A stretch of DNA of 59,783 nucleotides, counting the filler, from Basidiobolus ranarum (Eukaryota), in the NCBI GenBank assembly GCA_040143965.1. It is 7 parts of 7 records of this genome, joined end to end, with 100 filler letters (N's around TTAATTAATTAA, not from the genome) between each part and the next. Parts side by side here need not be neighbours in the genome. Positions count along the whole stretch, not along the records: positions 1 to 8,478 come from JASJQH010007839.1; positions 8,579 to 17,043 come from JASJQH010007840.1; 5 more parts are not named here. One strand, given 5' to 3'. A program made the translations under genes and the position numbers. This document shows positions 1 through 11,535 of this stretch, piece by piece. The stretch's first letter is position 1. Every line of letters starts with the position of its first letter. The notes beneath the pieces were generated by a model. The model was not told the DNA's origin, made no database searches, and saw nothing but the letters and a program-made list of their open reading frames with translations.

Positions 1-1389
1 ATAAAGCAACGAGAGTTAAATTCTATGTTTGTGCAATACTTAATGAATATGAAGCCGGGCTCCATCGAAAAACGTCGAGAATCCACATTTCGGATTTCAC
101 CAAAATCAGAAACCTCAAATATTGCGGAGAGAGCGGATGTCATGAGTATCGACTCTGGAACAGGTTTATTGACTTCCATAGAGCACAAAGCTCTTGCTCC
201 CTACAATATTAAGGAAGTAATAATCAGTAACTTGCGGTCTAGCTCACCACACATCATCATCACGACACTAAATCTTCTACACACAATGTTAGAATGTCAT
301 TGCCATCATTCTTTTGACTTATTTGAGGTTGAATTAGTTTTCGATCTCGAAACGCATGACGCAGATATTGGGATAACCAATTCAGAAGAATTGGAAAAAC
401 TACGAGGCCAAGCACAAGGACTAAAGGCGGTCGAACATATACGAGTGATGGACCTTTATTTTGCTCTAATCTCAAGAATAGATTCTACGTACGATAAAGA
501 GGAATTTGTTCAAAGTTATGAAGATTATTTTTTGGATGTTCAACATCAGATTGAGGGACATCAGGAATATCATCAAGAGTGTGCTTTGCACAAAACCTCG
601 AGCAGAAAAAGAAGGGAAGAAACTGAAGGTCACCATCGCCCACTTCTTATTTCAGAAAAACAACCAAGCTTGTACTTCACAAGGCACCGTTTAAACACCG
701 CTGATCCTATCTTGGGAATCTTATTGTCGCTATTATCACAGTTTTTCGCTCATTCTTGCGAATTCAATCTAGCTCTGACAAGAGTTCTGTCAACGCTTGC
801 TACTTGCCCATATCGCTGCATAAGTGGGTGGTTGTCCTTTGAAGAGCATACCAAATTCCCTGTGGATACTAGAAATTCACCAGCCAGTTCTATTCAAGCC
901 ATTCTATGCTCTGAAGCTGACTTGGTTGAAAACGTTGAAGTGAAGCATAAGGATCCTAGTGTATTATCTGTATTCCATACGCTAACTGAGCATGTATCTT
1001 ATTATCGATCGAAAGTCCCTAACTTGGATCAAATGCTTAACGATCGTAGAGAATATTTTCTTGACCGATCCAGCAAAGAGCAGTCCATCAAATCAAGCAT
1101 TACTCAACTTAACAAACCTCTAGATGACGAAGACGAATTCTATGAGTCTGACCTTCTCTCACCTACCAGTGCAGACGCAATACCAATAACAGGATCGTTC
1201 CTTCGTCATGTTGACACTTATAACTCCACTACAAGTAGTACCCAAAGCAAGGAAATACCACCGATTCAAGTCAACAATATTTCTTCACTAGTAGACAATA
1301 TTATTATTTTAAATGAGGCTATGAAGGAATTGACGTGCATTATTGAAGTACGAAAAAGCCTCGGATCGGATTATGTGAGTTACATTTAA
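1..1389 (+). CDS. FHIP/FAM160 (RAI16-like) family protein, 5'-truncated
   Basis: Frame is open from base 1. The segment ILGILLSLLSQFFAHSCEFNLALTRVLSTLATCPY..GWL and the terminal LVDNIIILNEAMKELTCIIEVR resemble FAM160/FHIP C-termini. Recognised by eye. Confidence 0.7.
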   Translation: MKQRELNSMFVQYLMNMKPGSIEKRRESTFRISPKSETSNIAERADVMSIDSGTGLLTSIEHKALAPYNIKEVIISNLRSSSPHIIITTLNLLHTMLECHCHHSFDLFEVELVFDLETHDADIGITNSEELEKLRGQAQGLKAVEHIRVMDLYFALISRIDSTYDKEEFVQSYEDYFLDVQHQIEGHQEYHQECALHKTSSRKRREETEGHHRPLLISEKQPSLYFTRHRLNTADPILGILLSLLSQFFAHSCEFNLALTRVLSTLATCPYRCISGWLSFEEHTKFPVDTRNSPASSIQAILCSEADLVENVEVKHKDPSVLSVFHTLTEHVSYYRSKVPNLDQMLNDRREYFLDRSSKEQSIKSSITQLNKPLDDEDEFYESDLLSPTSADAIPITGSFLRHVDTYNSTTSSTQSKEIPPIQVNNISSLVDNIIILNEAMKELTCIIEVRKSLGSDYVSYI

Positions 1390-1927
1390 ATTTTTTGACA
1401 TTTAATCTTTTACACAAATGCATTCCAGCATCGTACATTTCACTTAGAACCGTAAATAATTTGGAGTTTAATAGAATACTTTATTGCTTTAGTAAACAGA
1501 ATCTTAACAGGCTACCAAGTATTCTATCATCACACATTACTACTACATTATACTTCTACTATAGAATACATTGAATTGAAAGGCATTTGGAATCTTTATA
1601 CTTTTACATCTTAGAAAAGAAAGAATTTTGCTAATATATATCAATTTATTTATACTATGCTTGAGATTGATTTACTAAAAACCCGTACATAATAAGCCTT
1701 CTACGATGGTATATTTCAAATTTTCTAGCAGATGTTCATAATGGTGATTGCGTATCTCAAAGCCGTATATTTTAAGCGGAAGTTGGTCTTTAGATCAATT
1801 TTCTACTCCAGAACATATCGTAGTTGAACTGTTGAAGGCTGAAAGCGATGGAATGCTCTCAGGTATCAATCATTGATCGATCAATATGTGATGAAATCGA
1901 CAATGTGAATTATGGTAACTTTTATAG

Positions 1928-2734
1928 TTATCTGATCTAGAATTACAGTGAAGTGGCAATTATTGGCTGGAACCTAATGGAGGAAGTAAAATCCATATTC
2001 TATCAGGAGCCTTTGGTGAGAGGTGATGAGATACAATTAGAAAATCGTCTATGCGACTCATTTTCAATCTGATAATGATTCTTGATGATGCAATAGTTAT
2101 CAGATTGGCATTATGATCTAGAATGAAATGCTGGTATGATAGAATTCCTTTGGCTTGATCCTACGTGAGTTTACTATGGATCAACGCTTGGTGGTGAAAA
2201 GCTCACCGTATATATATATTCATCACTATTGTATTTTCGGATATACTAATCATAGTTCTATTCTTGGAAACAGATTCCGATGAATTACTATTGGGCTAGA
2301 TGAAGTGGTCGTTTATCTGATCCTTTCCAAACTTACCTACTAAATGTTACGCTAATGAATTTGTGTGGAATCAGTTACGTGTCACTACTTGACATCATTT
2401 ACAGAGAGAAATATCTGATCTACTCCAGGTCATTTTCAGTATTGGAAGGAATGCGAGTAATTTATCAGATGAGCATTATAAACCCAAATGGAGTTCAGAA
2501 TTCGGCTCGTTACTCCATTTGGAAATCGGCGCTTGAAATACACCCATTGAAACTGGACATCTAGCTTTACTCTTTTAGTACATCAATAGAAGTGTTTCAA
2601 GATGACTCATTAAGGCTGGAGATCAGTACATTATCAGATGAAAAACACCAGCATTCATTCTTTTTTTATAATCAGTGTGGAGCATAGTAATTCATACGCT
2701 TATTCATAAATACTCCAGGGGTTATTTATCAGAT
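1928..2734. promoter_or_regulatory. Cluster of extended GATA sites ATCWGATAA upstream of CreA-like gene 1
   Basis: Perfect copies (either strand) at 1928, 2067, 2097, 2313, 2462, 2631, 2726; one-mismatch copy at 2411. ATGACTCAT at 2602; TATATAAA at 2766. Confidence 0.75.
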
Positions 2735-2840
2735 CTTGAAAGGGATAGAAATTGGTCGCCAGCAGTATATAAAGTCTTCAGATATAGCCACTTTCTATCA
2801 TTAAGCATTATTCATTCACAAGGCAAATATTATATACGCC

Positions 2841-3623
2841 ATGTCCACTATCGTAGATGTTAATCCTTCTCAAAATTCTCATCCTCTTACTACAGTGAAA
2901 AGTGCCGAAATGGACGAGCTTTTAGCAGTGTTAGACCAAGCAAAGATTCCACGTCCTTACAAATGCCCTTTGTGTGAAAAAGCATTCTACAGAATTGAGC
3001 ATAGAACTAGACACATCCGTATTCATACTGGAGAAAAACCCTATAAATGTGACAGTCCTGATTGCAAAAAATCGTTTTCTAGATCTGACGAACTCGTACG
3101 ACATCAGAAAACCCACGTGAACCCTAAGAAAAGAGGGCGCAAAAGCAAGAAGCAGCTTGCTTTAGAAGCAGAAATAGCCGCCAAAAAGGTGGATGAAAAA
3201 CGCAAGGCCGAATGTATCGACGAGTGCCATTCAGGGACTCTTGATGAGGTACCTAACAAGAGATGCTGTACTTCTGATGAAGAAGCTCAACAGGTCCCCA
3301 GCTCCCCTGTATTCTCATCCTCATCCTCTACCTCAGAAAGTGAAGATGAAACGGTGGCTTCTCCTGAACTGAAGCCTGAGCACAATCTTTCTTTAGAACT
3401 TCTCTGCGAAATATCTGCAAGTATGGCTTCCGAAAGCGAGGTATCGTCCAAGAAACCAGTACAAAACGAGGATTCCGAAACCACTCAACTTCCTAGCTTC
3501 TCACAACTTCTGACGAAGATTTCTAACGATCGTATTCTGCCTCCACCAGTAATGACGAATTCACAATGGGCACGATCACAGTCAATTACTGCTAGCTACT
3601 CTATTTTTCCTGGTCTATTCTAA
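2841..3623 (+). CDS. creA: CreA/Mig1-family C2H2 zinc-finger repressor, paralog 1 (260 aa, intronless)
   Basis: [31 protein letters not shown]...[12 protein letters not shown] is the CreA/Mig1 two-finger signature. Also a basic NLS, a Ser/acidic tract and a C-terminal LPSFSQL motif. Confidence 0.9.
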   Translation: MSTIVDVNPSQNSHPLTTVKSAEMDELLAVLDQAKIPRPYKCPLCEKAFYRIEHRTRHIRIHTGEKPYKCDSPDCKKSFSRSDELVRHQKTHVNPKKRGRKSKKQLALEAEIAAKKVDEKRKAECIDECHSGTLDEVPNKRCCTSDEEAQQVPSSPVFSSSSSTSESEDETVASPELKPEHNLSLELLCEISASMASESEVSSKKPVQNEDSETTQLPSFSQLLTKISNDRILPPPVMTNSQWARSQSITASYSIFPGLF

Positions 3624-3910
3624 ATTGAGATTACCTTGATTAGCATATTCCTTTTAAAATAATGTAGTTTTGTTGTTGTATATAGACTTTCATTTGTTAT
3701 GCTCCATTGTACAGACTGTCATCGTTAACACTTTTCGCATCAAATGGTCATATTTTCGTCTAAGAAATCATTCATCGATTCTTGAATCAGATATGAAATG
3801 AATTCAACCAAACATTCTTATTCCTAATAAATCATTGCCCCTAGCTGGGTATCGTTAGAACAATAATGAGAAAACTTTACTGCTTAACCAATACGCTATA
3901 CATAGACACT

Positions 3911-4360
3911 TTATCTGATCAAACTCTATAATAACCCCACTAATTATTCTTGCAAGATGGATAAATAGCGATCACCTTGAAATAAAAATGACGTCTGGAT
4001 CCTAACTCCAACGTTACCTGAGACTATATTAAAATCAGATAGCCCCAATAGAAACCCATTCAACCACTGATTGGAATGATTTCAGCCCTTATTTTGATCT
4101 AATACTAACAATACTGACTAGCTTGAAGCTCTTACACACTATAGGATTATGGTATGAGTATAATTATGCGATTGCTGCATTTGTGTTCCAAACACATCAA
4201 AACAACTTTTATCAGATCACCTCATCAAATCAAATCTATCAGATTGTACAGAAATTAAAACTCTCATCCCCCCAGCTTTGATAATTAAGTGGGGTGAATG
4301 GAGAGATCCCAGCAATTATGTAGGTACTAGTATATCAAATAGATGAAATATTTATCTGAT
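3911..4360. promoter_or_regulatory. ATCWGATAA sites between the convergent 3' ends of paralogs 1 and 2
   Basis: Perfect copies at 3911, 4209, 4352; last-base variants at 3786, 4034, 4236. Confidence 0.55.
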
Positions 4361-4674
4361 GATTCTCACCAATCAGCAACTCGTTTGCCTAGAACTCATC
4401 AACTACTCTTGGAGTTGTCCAGATTGTGTGATCAATCATTGCGGTCTCTAGCTTCCAAAGCTGGCTGACATACGTTACATTATATGCATTCCGTACTTTG
4501 CTACAGAAAAGCATAGCATAGGTTGATGATCAAGAACTAGTCTGTTTACGCTGATTTAATATGAAGTTGATCGAATTTATTTCCTTGCTCAAAGATAAAT
4601 GCGTGAACATAACCCGCTTGTCCACAGTCAAGTAATATACAAAGTTTATATACATATAATAACAGCACTAGCGA

Positions 4675-5325
4675 TCATTTTTGGACAGTACAAATGATTC
4701 GAAATGGTAGTACTCTCTCAGCGGATATCATCTTCATGAGCTCATAGAAACTTGGAAGTTGCACGTCGGATTTTCTTTCGTTTAAAGCAAATTCAGGGAC
4801 AACATTCGCCAAATTTTGGCATTTTAGAACAGGCGTAGAAATAGATTCATCTTCACTTTCTGAAGTACAAGAAGATACGGGTGAAGAAGGAGCAGGGCTC
4901 TTAGGGCTTTCGCAAACACGTAATTTCTTCAGAGGACTACTATCTTCTTCCTTAACTTTGCATTGGACGTGAGTGTCTTTATGAGTCTTTTCGGCTTGTG
5001 AATTCATTTCGGCCTCCAAGGCAAGCTGCTTCTTACTCTTTCTACCCCGTTTCTTTGGATTGATGTGTGTTTTTTGATGTCTAATTAACTCATCGGACCT
5101 AGAGAAAGACTTCGTACAATTGGCAAATTCACATTTGTATGGTTTTTCCCCGGTGTGAATTCGAATGTGCCTGGCTCTATGTTCAATACGGTAGAAGGCC
5201 TTTTTGCACAATGGGCACTCATATGGGCGTGGGATCTTGGCATTTTCCAGATTGGCCAGTATGTCACTCATACTGGAATCTTGGTACTGTGACACAGCTT
5301 CTGTCGCTTGGATCTGACAAGACAT
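4675..5325 (-). CDS. creA: CreA/Mig1-family C2H2 zinc-finger protein, paralog 2
   Basis: Same two-finger signature (RIEHRAR / RSDELIR) and LPSFYEL motif. First ATG is at 5325 (the track start 5340 is TTG). TATA-like TATATAAA at about 5402-5409 on the minus strand. Confidence 0.88.
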   Translation of the reverse strand: MSCQIQATEAVSQYQDSSMSDILANLENAKIPRPYECPLCKKAFYRIEHRARHIRIHTGEKPYKCEFANCTKSFSRSDELIRHQKTHINPKKRGRKSKKQLALEAEMNSQAEKTHKDTHVQCKVKEEDSSPLKKLRVCESPKSPAPSSPVSSCTSESEDESISTPVLKCQNLANVVPEFALNERKSDVQLPSFYELMKMISAERVLPFRIICTVQK

Positions 5326-5843
5326 CTTAAGTGTGGTCAAGAAATTGTTTGTAGAAATGATAATACGTGTAATGAGTGAAGTTGGTGTAGGCTTGAATGT
5401 ATTTATATATACTTGTCTACCCTCAACCTGGATTCATCTAACGATGCTTGTAACATATTTTTTTCTTGGAAATCACTTCAATGCCTGGGTCAAATGCACC
5501 CAAAAGGGGAAATTCATCTAATATTGCTACAGTATCTCCGGGATCACCTAATATATCCCGGAAAAACATGGCTTTGTAATTCTGTTCCTATTTATTGGAT
5601 AAATATAGATGATTCAAAAATGGAATTTCATGCCAATAGGGGTGGAACTAGAATTCAGGTTGAATATGCGCGGGGGAATAGCGGCTCACCTACGGATTCC
5701 GCAACTGTAACCATACATGGCTCAACTAGAATATTCTATGGATCTGATATTCAAATCAACTAACTCATCCCTATTGGGTAGCGTGTCAATACTTAATGGA
5801 GAAATGATGTTCTGCCTTTACAAGAGAGATAGTGGTCCAAGAA

Positions 5844-6539
5844 TTATCTGATCTATTGTTTTAGATTGAATTCTGCATTTGGAGTTTTGCATGCAATACT
5901 GGGGGGTTGTGAGTTATCTGATTCTTGTCATCAATGTACAGTTAATATCAAATCGTTTCTTCATGGTGGTATCAGTTACACCTTTAAGTGATACGTTCAC
6001 TTGTGGGGTGAATTATCTGATTGTTCTATTTCCGAGCGAGTTTTAGAGTAGTTAGTAGGGCATTCAGTTTTCCCCCATTAGTAACTTGCTCGCATGGCGC
6101 TCCTCCGCTACTTTTAAACTGAATTAGCATCCGAAAATCACGGTCAAATACAAAAAAAGTGATTTAGACCCATTGCATTCTAGTGAGCAAGTCTACTAAT
6201 TGGTATCTCTACACGTTTTTCGGTATGATTGTCAATGATACCTGCCTTGGTATCCACTACCAACGAAGCAAATGCCGGGAAATTATGTAGAGCTTTTATA
6301 TTTGACTCAGGGTTTCAGCATTATGACAACCAAAAAGGAATCTAAGTAGTTCACCAAAAGAAAACCAATACCCTCTTATACGAAATATCCCGACCTCAAC
6401 GTATTTGGTAAAAACTTGACAGCATCAGATAACTTTTAGAGTGCTTAGTAAAATACTGATATAAAGCTTAGTAAATCAAAAGTTTAATGAATTGTTCAAA
6501 CTGATCATTGGATGACTCTTCAAAATAAAAATCTGATAA
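5844..6539. promoter_or_regulatory. ATCWGATAA sites in the divergent promoter of paralogs 2 and 3
   Basis: Perfect copies at 5844, 5914, 6013, 6424, 6531; variant at 5742. Confidence 0.72.
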
Positions 6540-6635
6540 AACTGACGAAAACCACTATTTAAACGCTTAGTCCACATTGCGCGAGGTGATATACCACATA
6601 TCTAAAACCTGGCAACTTCAACCATTACTTAAGAA

Positions 6636-7352
6636 ATGTACAATAAGGTGAGTAATTCTTCTAATAAAGTAACTACCAACATGCCGAAGTACCAAGATAA
6701 CGCAATGAAGAAACTTCTTGCTGGTTTGGAGAAGTCACAAGACCCTCGTCTTTACAAGTGTCCACTTTGTAGCAAAGGGTTTTATCGTATCGAGCATAGA
6801 ACAAGACATATCCGTATTCATACTGGAGAGAAACCATATCGATGCCAATTTGATGGTTGTCTCAAATCTTTCTCCAGGTCTGACGAACTCGCTAGGCATC
6901 ATAAAACTCATGTCAATCCCAAGAAAAGAGGTAGAAAGAGTAAGAAGCAACTTGAATTAGAAGCTGAACTAGATACCAAACGTAAAGTTGAGGAGATGAA
7001 GTATGGTAATAGCAACTCTACAGGTAGTGACATTAAAAAATCTTTGAGCCCAAAGCGAGTCAAGACCAACAAAGAGATAAGTTGCTCTCCACCATATTCT
7101 CCTGTTTTGTCTGGAACTTCAGAGAGTGATGAAGAGCAGATGACCACTCCCAATATGAAAGTTGAATATTTTTTGGTAGCAAAGCCCCATCCAGTGAACA
7201 TCAAGACCAAGAAAGAAACACAGTTACCTAGTTTTTCCGAGTTGATGAAAATTATCGCGGCTGACAGTGCTCTCTTTGTTGCACCGAGAAGTGAGGGTAT
7301 ATGTTCTGAAGTTTCCATTGGAACTTTCAAGCACAGCGCATTGCAATTATGA
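6636..7352 (+). CDS. creA: CreA/Mig1-family C2H2 zinc-finger protein, paralog 3 (238 aa)
   Basis: RIEHRTR / RSDELAR fingers, [13 protein letters not shown] basic tract, LPSFSEL motif. Confidence 0.88.
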   Translation: MYNKVSNSSNKVTTNMPKYQDNAMKKLLAGLEKSQDPRLYKCPLCSKGFYRIEHRTRHIRIHTGEKPYRCQFDGCLKSFSRSDELARHHKTHVNPKKRGRKSKKQLELEAELDTKRKVEEMKYGNSNSTGSDIKKSLSPKRVKTNKEISCSPPYSPVLSGTSESDEEQMTTPNMKVEYFLVAKPHPVNIKTKKETQLPSFSELMKIIAADSALFVAPRSEGICSEVSIGTFKHSALQL

Positions 7353-7863
7353 ATATTGGCTCTATTCAACTTTGTAAATAATGAAATTTTGTATTCATTG
7401 TATAGAGCTTTTATACCATTCCATCGATATCATAGTAAATTTTTAGTCAAGTTGTTATTCCTACAGTGGAGGCATATTACGAGTGGTTGAATTCAATAAA
7501 AATATCCTACCAGCCTGTCAGCAACTCCAAAGCCGTGGTGTTGGAATTTAGTGGATTCATTCTATGTGAATCATTAGGAATGAAAATTCCTTATACATAT
7601 ATAGTAGACAAGAGATTGAAATAGTGAACTCAAATTGCCAGCTTGTGAATTCTTTGATAAGTGATGTGATACAACTATATCTACTTCTAATATAAGCATT
7701 ATAGAGAACTATCATCCGAAACATCAATTTCCTCCATACATTCCCCATCATCTATCACAATATACTACTCTCCCTAATAAAGGCTTAATTGGACATCGGA
7801 AAATACAAAATTTAAGAATATTCTTCATGCTTGTGTTGGATGCTAAAGAAGTGCAGTTCTGAT

Positions 7864-8195
7864 TGTTGAAATTAGCATTGCCTAAACACCTATATAGTCA
7901 TATATAGTTTAGTATTTAGTTATCTTATACTTCACTAAGATATTACCCATTATTCTCATGAGGAATTTACTTGGAATATTTTTACCTACTTAGAAGTTTG
8001 AAGATATATAGATTTTCAAACTTGTGCTAGAAGTCCCAAACTTTGCACACATGTTCCTGGGACCTTCCTTGACACATTATGCACGTTATTTTGTTTACAT
8101 CATGACAAAACTACAAATGTCAACTCAATAAGTGAGAACCACCAATTTCTCTAATTCTCCAAACCACTTCCAACAGGCTCCCAAATACTTTAACA
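7864..8195 (+). mobile_element. Solo LTR (332 bp), probably Ty1/copia
   Basis: TGTTGAAA...TTTAACA termini with a perfect 5-bp target-site duplication CTGAT (7859-7863 and 8196-8200). Homologous copies at 33.9-34.5 kb and 51.0-51.8 kb. Strand is arbitrary. Confidence 0.9.
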
Positions 8196-8478
8196 CTGAT
8201 ACCGTTTAATGCCATCCACTTGAGAGAAATGGTTATGGATCATTAAACTATGGAAGTATAATAGTCAAAACCTTGGATAATCTTGCCTGCCCTCAAGCTA
8301 TAGTGCAATATATAATAAGAAAGAGAGAGTTTAATCTCTGGTCAAAATCTAATGAACTCAGTACATCTGTCAGAGTGCTGAGGCTCAGTTATTACATAAG
8401 TAGTTTTGCTCTCTAATTACACCAAATCAAGCTTTATTTGAACATAGTGATCTAAGTGAAAAACAGATGAGTATTGCT

Positions 8479-8578
8479 NNNNNNNNNNNNNNNNNNNNNN
8501 NNNNNNNNNNNNNNNNNNNNNNTTAATTAATTAANNNNNNNNNNNNNNNNNNNNNNNNNNNNNNNNNNNNNNNNNNNN
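8479..8578. other. Artificial contig linker
   Basis: N44-TTAATTAATTAA-N44, with stops in all six frames. Confidence 0.98.
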
Positions 8579-8668
8579 GTAGCGTGGGAACTTAAGGTAT
8601 TCTCAAATGATGCAGTAAACTATGCGAAGCGATGGATCTAACTTTGTTCTTTGGAACACTTACTCCTT

Positions 8669-8813
8669 ATCTCCTGTACTCTTGACATATTAATTGTTAA
8701 CATATTCAAACTTCGTGCCTATTGCTTCAAAAGGAAATAGCAAACTAACAGTACTATCGAGTTAATGCCGGTCCCTCAAGGTTTTTCTATCACTGAAGAG
8801 AGGACTTGGGCCT
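8669..8813 (+). repeat. Diverged non-coding repeat, copy 1 (partner 13184-13323)
   Basis: Collinear shared blocks atctcctgt, tgcttcaaaa, agttaatgcc.gtcc, tctat.actg, agaggact, gcct. Confidence 0.7.
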
Positions 8814-11535
8814 AACCCTATTGATCTAGTCTCTTTGATAAATATAACAAAATAAATTCTATGGCAATCCTCTTAAATTCATACAGTTAATAGTGCAAAG
8901 TAACATGTACTTTAATCACTATTAAGAAATGTGGGTTTTTTGTAGTAATATTCTCCATATGTATGCAAATTACTTCATTAGATATTCACATCAATCTAAA
9001 TTTTATCGAAAGAATGACCAATGAGAATAAATATTCTCTATTTTTTATAACAGTAATGAGTACTATAATTATAAATCTTCACTCCTCAGCATAGTCATTT
9101 AGCAACTCATGGGCTAACATGAGTAAGCAAGTAATCACTAGTACACTATAAGAGAGGAGTTTCAATATGCCGCGATGTCGGAGATGCTGTAAAGTATAGT
9201 GTATTGTTGATGCATCATTGTTCTGATGATTTAAACTTGCTTTCATCTTTAATACTAAACCTGGCGCCTGTTCGCTGCCAGGATATCATATCGAAGTACA
9301 TTATCAGAAGGCATGCTATATATCGCTTACAGCCAATTAAGTTTAATTTGTACTGTATATTCTCTGCATGCACTTTTTACTTTTAATGATTCTAGCACAT
9401 TACTATAATTAGTTAGTGCTCGTTGCTATAACGTATTTTATATCAGCAAACTTATCATTATTTTCAAAGTGCTTCTAAGCAATTTCACAAAACAATGAAA
9501 GTTTCCACATAGAAGCATATGAATACAACATTGCTTGGTTAAAGATGCGGGTGTAACGACACTTGTGTAGATCAGCATTAACAACATCCATATTTCAAGG
9601 AAGTCCAGAGCGCTCTATGGATTGACTGCTCTTTCTGACGAGTTGTTCTGCCTGTACAAGTATATATTTGAAACTCCTCAAAGAAACATAGGCTAACCCT
9701 ATTTGCCTCATATGTATCAAAAGCAGTCATAAATTAGACAGTATGAGCCGTGCTTGACGAGTAAACATTACTGCTAGATCACAGTTGCCTATTTGCATGA
9801 TTCTGATTTTACATCAATGAGTACCTTGTCGCACGACTGAATCAACAAATTCATTTTAGGTAATTCAGCGCTCAGTAAATGGAACGACCTAGACTTACTG
9901 GTGCTATTGTCTAATCAATGGAGATAATCATTTGAAGTATCAATTGAGAATAAGTTTAGCCTATCTTGGTAACCGACAGCGATTTTCAACAGTCTTGTTT
10001 CCTTGATTATATTAGCCAGACATCCAACAGTACATTGATTGCGAATTGAGCATCAGAATCCACCATTAGCTAACGGTGTGAATAACACGAGAGAGAAGGA
10101 AAACGCAGTCATTACAGACATCCTTCCATTTAAAGATGGAGAAGAGAGAAGGCGATGAGTGATCCTTGTGGACCAAGTATTTTACAAGTCAAACTGCGGG
10201 GACTAATGGTTAGGTTCCTTGGATCCTATATTCCTTCACATTTCATTTGTTTTATGACGATTGAAAATGCTAGTGAGGTGTACGACTTATGACTGCCCAT
10301 TCATGTTAGTTTACAATTGTACAGTTTTTGTAGTGGCTCTAGAGGTCTTTCCTCATCAATCAGTATCTATGACGCCATTGCAATTTCAGGAGTTATTAAA
10401 TGAATATGTCTCAGGCTAGAAAGTAGGATGGTCCGATTATACGTTTAAAGTATCAATGTTGACTCAAATATCTGATACCGTTTGTTTGGTGGGTATTGAT
10501 AAGGTTATACATTTCGTAATAGGACCCGGGAATTCCTTTATGGCAAGTTCTGGTGAAGTATGAGATAACCCCAAGTCCCTTCGATGTACATTTTAGGCCT
10601 GATGATGCACTCAGCACTCAACCTGATCAAATGACCGCTAAATTCATTAAAATCTGACATCATCAACTTTCCAATTTTAAACCATCGCCAGTATCCCATG
10701 AATGAGATCCCACTCCTTGGTTGAAATTTCCCGTTAGTATCTGAACCAATCCTACAATATCCGTGCACAAGTATCTTATTCTTCGCTATGACTACTTTAC
10801 AATAACTGACACGTTAATTATTACAAACGATCAATATATGTAGTATCCATGTATGTGCCATTGTTGAATATATTCATAGTCCTCATACATTCTCTACCTT
10901 CATCACTTTCTCCATTCTTCCTCGAATAAGCGGTCATAACAATAAATGAAGCAACATCTAGAGAAGTAATACTACTCGGTTTATTTTCATGTTTCTGGGA
11001 ATCTCAGGGGGTCACAATATGATGCTAGAGGATAACAGGCAATCCTATCTAAAACGGTTCTGGCAAGACTATCGGGATATATCAACTGACTTCCGAAAAA
11101 GTTCGGGAAAACAATAACAAACCAGATATATGGTAATACTTCATGAAATTCACCATAATGAATACAAACAAAGTTAAATCAGAAATTCGCTTTTCCAATT
11201 AAGAATCATTCTACCCAGGTTGTGACCGGATTTATCCATGATTTTCATTCACTCTGTTTTGTCAATTAAGAATCATTCTTGTCCATGATTATCACAATCA
11301 GTGAAGATTTTTTTATTAGCAATTGTATACAAAGGATATAATTTTCTAGTAAATACTCATAAATCTACCAAGATTACTTGCAATAATATAACTTACATCA
11401 TCTTAGAATCTTCAAATTGGTTCGCGTGTACTACAATTGCATCCAAGGCGTCTTCAAAAGTAACTTGTATTAAAAATCGGAGTAATATTTGCCAATGATG
11501 AAGGATAATAGAGGTTGTCAGGGTGAAAAGAAAGA

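Noticed and set aside
8523-8534. Recurring palindrome TTAATTAATTAA at about 8.5-kb spacing
   Set aside because: Always centred in N runs; it is a synthetic six-frame-stop linker.
9500-10800. Protein-like stretches broken by stops
   Set aside because: No family recognisable by eye; needs tBLASTx before calling a pseudogene.
11091-11290. HSE-like TTC/GAA run and a 17-bp direct repeat (11196, 11263) near HSF paralog 1
   Set aside because: Spacing does not give three alternating nGAAn units, it lies 3' of the gene, and the repeat is a simple local duplication.
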